Assembly (NCBI GenBank): GCA_028023455.1
Contig: JAQFVV010000004.1
Coordinates: 24,366,001 to 24,430,000, forward strand
Direction of reading: 5' to 3'
From: Epiperipatus broadwayi
Taxonomy: Eukaryota > Animalia > Onychophora
Length of the DNA stretch: 64,000 nt
Shown here: positions 40,085 through 51,780 of the stretch, piece after piece
Layout: each line of letters starts with the position of its first letter
Numbering within the stretch: the first letter of the stretch is position 1
Notes under the pieces: model-generated
Told to the model about the DNA's origin: nothing
The model's input: only the letters and a program-made list of their open reading frames with translations
Database searches by the model: none
Program-made: the position numbers and the translations under genes

Positions 40085-40922
40085 CATCTGAAATATCTAG
40101 AAATTGAATTTGTATTTTTTGCCCTCTGCTGAGAAATTTTGCTAAGCTTTTTTTTTTACAGCTTTAAAATTCACATATATTTTCTAATACTTTAAATAGA
40201 GAAAAATTCAAAAGATAGCAGGAAAATTGAATGTGTGGGTCTTCAAAGTTTCTCAATCTCCACGATGATAGATATCTTTTATATATTCGGCAATCTCAAA
40301 CTTTGTGAGATTACTTCAAGAAAATATTACAATGGTCTAAAAACTTAATTTTTTTGGAAAGTTTATTATTATATTTGTATCATAATTGTGTAATAATTAT
40401 TAGAAATTAAAAATATATATTATTATATATTTATTTTTTATAGAAATGTTTTATTTTTAAATATAAAAAAAATATTTTTCTGAATATTGTTACCATAGAG
40501 ATTATGGTCATGGGAAATACAACTGTGTGGAAATATCAATCAGTAAATTATTATACTATTTAATGATATTGTAAAAACTATGAAAAAAATATAAAGTTCT
40601 AAAGTAGAAATTGATAGATTTAGTAGTTATTAAAATAATTCATTCAGATTTTTAAAACAAACATCAAGCAGAGATTTCATTCATTTTGCAAATTGAATCA
40701 GCTCCATTTGAAATTTGATGATGTGACCATATTTTGTTTTGATTAAAATCTAATTTTTAAAATAATTCTGAAAATCAAGTGTGATTTTTTAAAATTTATT
40801 TAATTTCTAAACAAAAATATCTATTGAATGAGGACAAATTTATTCTGATAAATAATAATGATTTAATATTAAAGTAAACTTTGAAAACTTAAGTGTAATG
40901 AGAACAAATAAATCTGTCAGAA
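40085..40922. repeat. Dispersed ~850 bp repeat, copy 2
   Basis: Colinear with 4305-5160. Confidence 0.8.
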
Positions 40923-40931
40923 TGCTAGAGG

Positions 40932-41904
40932 AGTAAAAATAATGAAGAAACAAAAGTCCAAAGATTTGTAATTAAAACCTTTTTTAATGTAACTGCAATA
41001 AATAAAATAAAACAATTACACAAACTATAGCAAACATAATGTTGGCAAATAGACATCACTTTTCAGATGATCATTATCCTGTAATTTTGAAAATATTTCA
41101 TTGCATCTTGTTCTGTTTATGGAAAATTCCAAATTTTAATCATGCTTCAAAAAATGATAGAACAAAAAAGAATGTGAAAGAAATATTGATAATTTCAGTT
41201 AACAAATATTTAAAAATTCACAATAAATTTAACCATGTATTAACTGTTCCCCACATGTTAAGGGTTCAGCATGTGCTGATGTTTGAACATTATGTTAGTA
41301 AATGGAATTTATTAAAAAATGTATTCAAATTTGTTAAAATTAACATTCAATTTACAATGCAGGTGTTTTATTTTAAGTAATGCATTTTCAGTGTCAAAGT
41401 ATTTGTTTACATTTTTTTTCTCAAACATGTGTAGCTTATTAACTTTAAAAAATATTAACAAATGTATTTTAAATTGAATGTTAATTTTAAAAAATCTGAA
41501 TACATTTTTTAATAAATTCTATGCACAATATAATGCTCAAATGTTAACATGTGCTGATGAATCCATAACACATGGTCGACGGTTAATACATGGCTAAAAT
41601 TATCATGATTTTTTTTAACATTCATTAACTGAAATTGTCATTACTTTTTTAATATTCCTCTTTTTCCTATCATATTTGAAAGTATGATTAAAATTTGGAA
41701 TCTTCCATCAACAGAATAAGATGCAGTGGAATATTTTCAAAATTACAGGATAGTGCTTGTTCAAAAAGTGATGTCTGTCCACCAACATGAATAACCACAT
41801 TTGTTACAGTTTGCTTAATCACATTTTATTTTCTTTACTGCATTTATATTAAAAAGTTTTTAATTACAATCCTTGGGACTTTTGGCTTTCTTTATCATTT
41901 TACT
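40932..41904. mobile_element. Long fold-back element (~425 bp inverted arms, ~105 bp spacer)
   Basis: 40932-41358 is the reverse complement of 41463-41904 (e.g. ttatcctgtaattttgaaaatatt vs aatattttcaaaattacaggatag). Confidence 0.85.
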
Positions 41905-41989
41905 AAATAAAAAAGTAAATACTGAATATGATAACTTGGAGTCATTGTTTACATCATATTGTTGGAAATCCCTAAAAATGAATTCTTTA

Positions 41990-44900
41990 AAATAAAACAC
42001 CTGACAAACTTCCAGCAGTTATATTATGTAAGTACTGATGTATCTTCCCAATTGGTCTTTGTACAGGTTTATTAGTGATTTTTGAGTGTGACATGGTTAG
42101 TATATGAATGGAGATGGAACTGATTAGAGATTCGATTGCTGTTTATCAGTGATCAAGTGGTGCTGAAGATGGTGGATGAGCTATTTTGTTATCCCTTACT
42201 TTTAAGTATATTAATTTGTTACATAAAGTGGATGGATGGCATCTTGTGTTGCAATCCAAAGCAAAAATGCATTGCATGTATCAGAAAGTGTATAGCATGA
42301 ATATGGCTGCATAAACTATGGAGACAGCAGGTTTGTGATACATCCTGATAATGATTTTCAGGGAGATGTTGGATTGTCTGTATGTGCTGAACATATTTAG
42401 GTATGTGTTTTTTTAGTGCTGTGCAGTCATTGGACAGGTATTGTGTTTTTTCTGCATAAATGACATAGGCTACAAAAGGGATCAATGTTTGTATACAGAC
42501 ATCTGTATCACAGGAAATGTGAAGTTGGCAGGGCTTGAAGATTTATTTTTATAAGGAAGATGAAGTATTTTGTCTCCAGGAACCATCTTTGGAAATTATG
42601 CAGTAGTTGTCAATAATTCTGAGAATTGGGAGGAGGGTATCTGAGGTTTGGTTTGGGTGCAGTAAGTTATAGATCTGCCAGTATGTATATTTGGTGGTTA
42701 AGTGATTGTTTATTTAAGTAGAAATGTTTTTCAGTTGGTAAATGATTGAACATAGGCAACAATGCTTTGGAAGTGATTTGTTGGTTTATTATATAAAGTA
42801 GATATTGCAGCACCAAGAACTGATTGATGATTGTTGCTATTATGTTTGCAATTTTTTGGATATGAAAAATTCCCTACGTTGAGCAAGCCAAGTTGTCTTG
42901 TAGATATGGTGATGGTCTTTCTGTACCAAAAAAGCTTGTTTGCAATATGAGGAGATTTTTGATGTAAATGCCTTAGAGAAGAAAATTATGGAAGAGTAGT
43001 ATATGCTTGGCTATTACTGATTGAAGAGTAAAACTTTCTGAATATATGGATAGGTAGGCCTTTGCAAGCGAGGTAGTGATATGCTCTGCTTCTTTCCATT
43101 TATTATATTATCTTATTTTTCATTGTCTTGGCCCCTATGAAAAAGGGAAAACTGAGAACAGCATTTGGTTTGCCTTGATACATTGGTGTGTGCAGTTTAT
43201 TGATGCATAAAGACCAGACTGCTGTTTTGCTCATGCTGATTTTCAATGGGCTGTAAAATATTTGAGGATTTCTCATATAATTGGTAGATGCTTCTTGGAG
43301 AAAAGAAAGACCATGATATCATCCATGTATTAAATGCACATACTTCTTGGAGAAAAAAGACCATGGTACCATCCATGTATTAAATGCATGTAATCTGTTA
43401 TGATATATTTGGTATTTGAATGCCAATGAAGGTTTATTGTATATTTTCTAGGAGTGGATTTATGTACAATGTGAACAACAGTGAACTGAGAGGGGAGCCT
43501 TGGTAAGATGGATTGGGTAAGGGTAAAAGATGGAGAATTTTTGCTGGTATGCTGCATACCTTATATTTTAAATTCAACAGCAAGTTGGTTAACAAGTAGA
43601 GATAGGTGTTTGGGATTTTGGTGGGTGCTAGCATGTCTATCAGGTGAGCATGGCAACAGAATCAAAAGCCTCTTCTATATCCAGCTAGACTGCAATTGGT
43701 GCATATTTTTTCTTGAACTGAGTTCCTGATATCAGACCATCCTGGACAGTAGATGAGTATTTTTTGCATTTTGAATAGGTGAGATTAGGAACAGCAAGTA
43801 AGGTTCTATTTTAATTTCAAGTATTTTTTCAATGATTTTGATGGGTATTGTCCCACTGGAGTTGGGATAAAGATTGAAAATGTGGAAAAAGATATTGATA
43901 TTATTGTAATGGGATATATGCCTTTTATATATTGAAGCTTTTTGATAGGTGGGTGGCAGGATAATGTAAGTATTGATCTGTGAATTTGCTGAGATAGGCC
44001 AATACAAATTTGGGAGTACCATGAGTTTCAGAGTGACATGCTTTTGAGAGTTGTAGCCAGTGTGCTGGTGTCTTCAATGGTTTTAAAAGTGGTGGTTGTT
44101 TTGGGCAGACTGAAAACATCAGAAAATGCTTAACTGGTTAGTTTGTGTGAAGTTTTGTTTGAAGTATTTATAGACAAGTTCTATCATGTTTTCACCATAT
44201 GTATTTATCTCAATTTGCAGAGCCATTGAGACTAATAATGGAATGATTATCTAGGACCCATCTGATATAGTCTCTTTTGAGTGAGATATATATTATTTTT
44301 TTATTGCCAAAACACTTTGAGAATATTATATGCATTGTTATACATTTGAATAAGTTTCTATGGGTCTTGTGTGCAGGTTTTATCATAATAATTCACCTAT
44401 GCAACTTATTTTCTACTACTAGTAGTGTAGATGATGAGTAGGTTTTTTTGTGCTATCATCAGTGTTAAAGAACACTATATTAATAAAGGCTAGGTGCATG
44501 TTTCTATTTTTGTGCGATATGATGCAGGTTTTTGCACAAATAAACTCTGAAGTGTATGCTGGAAGCAGTATTCTCATAAATATGGATGTTTGAATTTCTG
44601 CCAGGTTGTTGGTGAGTGATCAAAGAAAGGTGAAGAGTTGTAGTTTAAGATGATGTTGCACCATAGGCAAATAGAAACACAGGTCAATAAATGAGGCATG
44701 GTGGCCATTGTGAAATGTTACTGCATTGTCTGGTAGAAAGCTGTCATTACTCATAAGAGTTAACAATAATTGATGCAGCTATCGTGCAGTGGATTTTTTT
44801 TTATAATGCAATCTCTCATTATGACAGCTGGAGGAGTGGCTGTGAGTATTCAGTTTATATTGAGTATGATATTTGAAATAATGCTGTAATTTGGATGTGG

Positions 44901-45000
44901 AGAGATATATACAAAAATTATGTTAAGCATGATGATAGAAAGTTAGAATCAGTACCATATTACTTTGAATATAAGACACCATTGAATTTAAGATGCAGTA
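41990..45000 (-). mobile_element. Second decayed L1/Tx1-like LINE (ORF2 region)
   Basis: Minus strand has DPFCSLCH, YQGSPLSSLLFTLYINPLL, YMDDI and an APE-like segment NIIFVYISP. Colinear with but diverged from the 34-39 kb element. Confidence 0.8.
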
Positions 45001-45379
45001 GATTTTAAGTCTGAAAAATTAGAAAAAAAATTAGCCCCCAAACTTGAGATGCATTATTTAAATAGGAAACTAATATAAATAAAATGAACTCTCCTAATTT
45101 ATTGTAAATCTTCTTCAGATAAATGATTCATTTACTTTCTATATCTTCACTTTCAGAACTTGAATTCTCATCTTCATTATTCTATCAGGGTACTCATATT
45201 CAGGCCATTTAAATTGCAGTCTAACATATTTCTTTGTCAATTTGCTTTCATGTAAAAATACATTTTTCTGTTAAAATCTGAATGATTCCCCCAAAATAAT
45301 TTATATTTTTACAAATATATTCTGAAAAAAAAAAGTGTAAAAAGGATTCTAAATCATACATTTACATTTTAAAAATCAA

Positions 45380-45850
45380 AAGGAAGCTATAGGAACTGTC
45401 AAAATTTTGACAGGCCCTCTATTGCGCAGAGACAACAAAAAATCAATCAGCATCTTTGAAGATAGGCTCTTATCTCATTGTTATAATGATTTATTAGTTG
45501 TAAAAAAATTTTGAAAGTTATTTGGTAGAGTTTTCTTGATCTAAAGATTAATCAGTAGAATTTTCTTGATAAAATAATGATAAAATTGGCGAAATAAAAT
45601 GTTTAAAGATTCTAAAATATATGTTTTCACTTTAAAATTCAAAATGAAAATATTAGAATTGTCAAAATCAATAAAATAACATCAAAAGATTCTAAAATAT
45701 AAATTTTCACTTTAAAAAAAAAGCTACTGAGAACTGTCAAAATTTTGATCGACACTATCTTATATAGAAAACAACATCACCCAATCAGCACAGTGGAAGG
45801 CAAGCTCTTATTTCATTGTTATCAGTAAACTTTTCTGATAAAATAATCAT
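45380..45850. repeat. Direct repeat pair (~110 bp, ~340 bp apart) containing an 18-bp palindrome
   Basis: aagcta..g.aactgtcaaaattttga...caatcagca...gctcttat.tcattgttat occurs at about 45384 and 45721; CTGTCAAAATTTTGACAG at 45396-45413. Confidence 0.75.
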
Positions 45851-46745
45851 AAAATCAGCAAAGTAACATTAAAAGTAGCAGTTTGAAAGAGAGATAAAGC
45901 CATTTACAAAATTAAATTAAAAAATATTGATTAAAAAGATTTAGCAAACTATTCTATACAGGTAATGATCATAAATATGATGTGCATGTATAGTGTAAAA
46001 GCTCCACAGGAATAAGATGTTAAAAATGTTTGTTTTGAATTTAAAATAGCAACTTTTTAGGGGTCCAAAATTTGGAAAAAAGTACAACTTGTTCCAAGTA
46101 ATACAGTAAGTTTGAGTTGATGAAGATGATCTGAAAAGAAAAAAATGGTGAATGTGGTGTTATGAGTATGCCAGTACCTCCTGATGGTGATGATGCATCC
46201 ATGGAGCAGGTGCAGAAACCCTGATTGTTTGTTAGATATGTCGAGGGATCAACCTGAAAAACAGATTAGATGTTAGTCCTAGTAAACCAAGAATGCGTGG
46301 CTATATGTTTTTCAACCAGTTTAATTGGTAAATTTTTGTGATTGAGTTTATTCCCCTGTTGTTGAAATCTATTATTTTGAGTTTTATTGTAGTTGTTTGG
46401 GTGGGTGGAGGTATTATATATTGTAATGTGGTGTTTGATGAGATACAGGAAGTTAATTGTGGCAAGAGAAGTAATTTGAGTATAGTTGAAATCTATGAGG
46501 CCAAGATATAGACAATATACTTATATTTAAATAATAATAATATTGTTATTATTATTATAATGACACATTATAAGATAAATATCAGCCAATAATTAATTAG
46601 AATAAAGAATCAAAGGGATAGTGAAAATGGGGAGGGGGGATGATAAAAGTTTATTCTTATTAAATATATATATCCATTATATAAATGATCTTTATCTGAT
46701 ATTTTATTTAAAATGTATAATGTACAAACTAAATTTGATGGATTA

Positions 46746-47122
46746 TTATTAATTTCAACAGATGTTATTGTTGAAATATTTTTATGAAAGTGAAAATATC
46801 TATTCTATCTTTATTTAAGAAAAATCAGTCAGATGATATAAATAGTGACCAATGAGAACTAGGAAACCTTTTGTAAAAGGGGTTATCTTTTAAATACAAT
46901 CTAACATATTTAGGAAAACAAAATCTCACAACTTTTCCTAACTTTCTTTATTATTGTTATTATTATATTTAAAAGAAGTTTCCTTTTTAGATGTGAAAAA
47001 TATTTACATTTTTCATTGGTCACTGTCTATATCATTCAGACAGTGAATTTTTAAAAATAAAATAGAACCGATATTTCCACATTTTAAAAAATATTTCAAC
47101 AATAACATCTGTTTAAAATTAT
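46746..47122. mobile_element. Fold-back MITE-like element
   Basis: aacagatgttattgttgaaatattttt...agtgaccaatga is inverted as tcattggtcact...aaatatttcaacaataacatctgtt. A third partial arm lies at about 47185-47235. Confidence 0.7.
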
Positions 47123-47494
47123 TGTTAATTAACATTCAACCCTTGATGGAAGAGTCTATTATAATAAGGAAAGCTGGGAAAAGTTTTTATTGGTCACTGT
47201 CTTTATTATCTGATTGTGATTTTTCTTAAATAAATTTATGGATTGTGAAGTTATCCTGATATTTTAAATTTTGAAAAAGTATATTTAATATTTTCTAGCT
47301 AAACTCCAAAATTATCTGAAAGTGCTAACTATAAAATTTTATTCAAGTCATTTAAAATGATAGTCGTCTTACTAAAAACTTATGCAATATAATGATGATC
47401 TACAATAAAGTAAAAAATATTTTTTTTCATTTTAAATGAAAGTCATCAGAATATAGTCTGAAGGACTTTTTTTAAAAGTTATCTGTCAATAAAA

Positions 47495-47905
47495 ACTTTC
47501 AAGCTCCTTTCAACCATCCACTCTGTCTCATACAATCATACACATGGCCACGCACATGTGAAAAAGTTAGCAAATATTAACACTTTAATGAACATGCTTC
47601 TATCTATTCCATATTCCAACTCTTCAGTCATCCATATCATTGAAAATCTGATGATGGAATGCCCAAATCTCTGATTAATGCCAATATTATTGTCATGCCA
47701 TTAACGTGTTAAAATTTGCAATCTTAATATAAACTGAACACTGATTATATATGTGTATGGAAGATGATGATCTGGACCAACTGATAAGTACTGATTCAGC
47801 ATGAAATATGTATATTGGAGATCACTTATCTTTTTCACATGCATGCAGTTTGTATGAGATAGAGTGGCTAGCTGAAGGGAGTTTGAAAGTCTGTATTCAT
47901 ATCCC
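47495..47905. repeat. HHR family-1 inverted pair; degenerate HHR at 47776-47818 (+)
   Basis: Minus fragments at 47495-47700, then a plus unit from about 47712; core CTGATAA (G8>A), GAAA TATGTAT A TTGG. Confidence 0.85.
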
Positions 47906-48737
47906 TGATATATAAAATATACTTGTATTTAAAATATCTGCCAATAAAAAATAAAAGTATTTAAAAATATAAATGCTATTTAATTTATTTAACCTTCAAA
48001 TTTATTTATTATTCTCATTGCATCGATGAGCTATTATAAAAATCAAGAAGTCTGCATATGATGAAAAAGTGAACTCCTTTCTCTTTAATTTATTTAAACA
48101 AATAAGTGTTATCTTTAAACTTTTGTTATTCATTTATGAAACAATTATTTAAAGTATAAAATTATTTCATTTAAATTAATCAGTAGTTGTGATACTTTAA
48201 AATTTTAAATGTTTTGGAAATAAAAGAAAAGCTCTTCACTGCTTTTAAAATAAAAAAAAGTTCATTTTTAATGGATTTACAAAAAATATTAATTTGTTTC
48301 AAAAAGAAATATTTAGCACTTTATTTATCAATAAAGTTATAATGAGAAGAGGCATTCTTAAAAATAAAACAAACTATTTACATAAATTATACAAAGTATA
48401 TTTAGAACTTTAAATATTGTATAAAATGGCGTTATAAATCATGTGATCAAAATAATTAATTTGTAAAGTTTTTATATTTATTTTTTATGTAGTAGTGCAA
48501 GCACATCTGTAAATCATAAATTTATTATTGATTAAAAGAGGCAATGTTCTTAAATGTATAATATTAATACCTTAAGTATTATTAATACAATAAAAACACA
48601 ATCACAGATATATTATTGTTATAAGTGATAACTAGTATAAATATTTTAAATTTATTTTATTAGTTAAAAGAGTATTTTAAAAATAGTAACAGACCATCAG
48701 TACATTTGACAGGAGTAAGTAGTGGTTGGAATATTGG

Positions 48738-48992
48738 GTACTTTAGTATTAAAGCTGCAACACGGAGCATGTATTACACCTACTGGACCTGTTGGCATTC
48801 ATATCAATCCACTACAAATTTGTGATGTCACCAAAATGATGTGTACATGACTCTATCTTGAAAAACAAAAAAGGACATGTACATGGCTCTTTTGCCAACA
48901 TCTCCAAAGTTATCGGAAGGGGGTTGATACAAATGTCAATAGGCCCAGCAGGTCTAATACATGCTCCATGTTGAAGCTCTAAAAATGAGTAC
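48738..48992. mobile_element. Fold-back MITE-like element
   Basis: gcaacacggagcatgtattacacctactggacct is inverted as aggcccagcaggtctaatacatgctccatgttga. Confidence 0.75.
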
Positions 48993-49034
48993 ATTCTAAA
49001 AAATAGTAACACCTAATACAATGAAATTTAAAGA

Positions 49035-49880
49035 AATATTGCAAGATTTTTAACAAAACATGTATATATTCAGTAGATGATTATTGAAAAATCAAGGTAA
49101 TATTGTAGTGTAATTCAAGCAAATATTGTACAAATTAAAAAAAAAAAATACGAGCAAATCTGAAAACTTTTAAAAATGATGCATTCCCCCCCCCCCAAAA
49201 AAAAAAGAGCAAATGTGACGCCATTGATGGTTTGAGATATTTCAATATTTTGGAATTTTTTTTTTTTAAAAATACAGTATATATTCAGTAGATGATTATT
49301 GAGAAATCAAGGTAATATTGTAGTAAAATTCAAATTGTACACAATTTAAAAAAAAAAGTACAAGTAAATCTAAAAAACTTTTAGAAACGATACAGTAAAT
49401 CTAAAAACTTTTAAAAACGATGCATTTCCAAAAAAAAAAAAAAAAACAGCAAACGTGACACCATTGACCACAGTTTTAATATGCAATATTATGGAAGATT
49501 TTTAACAATAAATAATAGTATAAAATCAGCAAATGATTATTGAGAAATCAGGGTAATATTGTACTGAAATTCAAACAAATATTGTACAAAATTAAAATAT
49601 ATATATACAAATTTTTTTTAAAAAAATATGAGTAAATCTAAAAAATGTTTAAAATGATGCATTTCCAAAAAAAAAAAAAAGAGCAAAGGTGACGCCATTG
49701 ACCACAGTTTTAATATTGCAAGATTTTTAACAAAAAATATAGAATATATTCAGTATGTGATTATTGAGAAATCAAGGTAATATTGTAGTGAAATTGCAAT
49801 GGAATTCAAAGAAATATTACAAGATTTTTAACAAAAAATATAGTATATATTGTACAAAATGTAAAAAAAAAAAAAACAAT
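49035..49880. repeat. Tandem array, ~215-240 bp x ~3.7
   Basis: aaatcaaggtaatattgta recurs with gtaa at 49097, 49312, 49553 and 49777. Confidence 0.9.
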
Positions 49881-50182
49881 ACGAATAAATCTAAAAATAA
49901 AAATAAAAAACCCACACCATTATTGTAAAAAATTATAATTAAAAATTTAGGAGGAATCATAAAATAACCTTAATTTTTAAGTAAATTTACCAAATTCAGA
50001 CAAATAGTGTACTAAATGTACATGAAATGCCTAAATATTGTGGAAATTTCAAAGTCATACTGAAATTTTTAAAAACAATCCATTTTGATTTTCAAAAAGC
50101 AAATGCAACATCATTGCCATTTTAATTTGTAATTGAAAAACCTAGAAAACAACCTCAAATTTAATTTTTATACAAATGGATT

Positions 50183-50686
50183 AATTATACATATGCGATT
50201 TTTTTTGCTTGCATTATTGAAGCTATAATTATACTATAATGTTTAATATGGCTAAAATCAACACAAGAATTTACCAACACAGGTATGCATACAACAGGTT
50301 TAAAAATAAAAATGAAGGAAAATCAATCTTCTGGAACCATCAAGCAGCTACAGGCCATGTATTCAAACCCAGTTTTGCCCAAATAATTTGCACAGAGAAG
50401 AGTGATGTCAAAAGAAAGGTTAAATAAGCTTTTTACATAGCAAATGATCTCAGTGCCATTAATAGAAGAGAGGCATGCTTTGCTCTCTACAAACAATGGA
50501 CTAACTAATTAAAAATTCAAGCGCATTCGCATATGTGTACAATAAATTGCAACAGTCTTCATTCAGTAAAGCTATGAGTATGGGATTAGAATACTAAATC
50601 TCAAAAGCACTAAGCAGGCATATTAAACATTGTAGTATAATTACAACTTCACTAATGCATGCAAAAAAAATCGCATATGTATAATT
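50183..50686 (+). mobile_element. PLE 3' fragment (GIY-YIG C-terminus) with a short inverted terminal copy
   Basis: TRIYQHR..SIFWNHQAATGH..IICTEKSDVKRKVK*AFYIANDLSAINRRE; 50183-50250 is the reverse complement of 50619-50686. Confidence 0.75.
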
Positions 50687-50944
50687 ACAATTTTTATTGG
50701 TGAAGAGAAAAACAATTTATTACAAATGGATTAACTACACTTTTGTAATACTTACCATGAAATATTAAACAGGAAAATATGGTTATTTGAACATCTTCTA
50801 CATAGGCCCAAAATGGACACCTGCTAACATTTTTGGCACGATTGAAAAGAATGCCAGGATTTTGACATTTCACATAAAAATTTATTAATTTTTTGGGGGA
50901 GGGAAATTAAAACAAATGAAATACATAGTCTACTATAAAATTAT

Positions 50945-51780
50945 CCTGGGGAAAATATTTCTCTCATATCGTTCAATATTTCCAGAAAAATGTCCTCATT
51001 TTTATGAATTCTTTGCCACATAAACTCCACTAAGTACAAGTCAAGGTATTGTCTTGCCATGTCTCATTGATGCTTGTTCCTCCATTTAGTGGAACCCCAC
51101 AATCTCTCAATACTTTGGGGGTGCACTCTAGTGTCTGGATTTACGAAATTGTAGGTGTGATTTACTTGGAAGTGTTTGTAACAGGCTTAACATAATTCTT
51201 CTGTTTTATAAGCCTTCCAACAATCAGAATATATTGTTGGAGCCCTCTTCAACATTGCTTCAAATGGCTTCCATTAGAGTTTTAACTATTCAATCTTTGA
51301 TTTGGATAATGAAGCATTCATCTGTTTCATGACATAATCCCTCAGACATCCATTGTTCTGTGAGTATTCAGCCTGCATGACTTTTCCTTCTAGAAAATAA
51401 GCTTTCATCTATTTCCATTATTTTGTTTGGTCCTCCAATTTTGTGGTGTACTTGATTTAACATAGCCATTGCACAAATTTCTCTCATATAATTGTCCCAA
51501 TCAATGACTATTTTACTTGCCAAACCAAGCTCATGTTCCCCCCATTTGATAGATGTTATTTTCTATGTTCAGCTATAAATGAACCATATTGCAGTTAGAA
51601 TAGGAATTCAAGAACCTTCCAGCCATGTCTGCTTTCACATCCTCGGACAGTGCAATGTCATTTCTTGTCCAATGTATGAATGTACAAGGTCATATTATGT
51701 CCATTTGGACAGACTTTCACCAATGGCTGTATGCCTTGCTCTTGGAAATACTTGACTGCTTCAATCTCAGTAGTAGGTAA
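50945..51780 (-). pseudogene. Merlin (ISXO2/IS1595-like) DDE transposase pseudogene
   Basis: KIGGPNKIMEIDESLFSRRK, IYSDCWKAY, HFQVNHTYNFVNPDTRVHPQSIERLWGSTK and YLVEFMW, with several stops. TIRs not identified. Confidence 0.9.

Noticed and set aside
49035-49880. CRISPR-like array
   Set aside because: Eukaryotic context, units over 200 bp and no unique spacers.
50590-50635. HHR in the 3' end of the 50 kb PLE fragment
   Set aside because: Only TAAACATTG resembles the GAAAC end; the core is unrecognisable.
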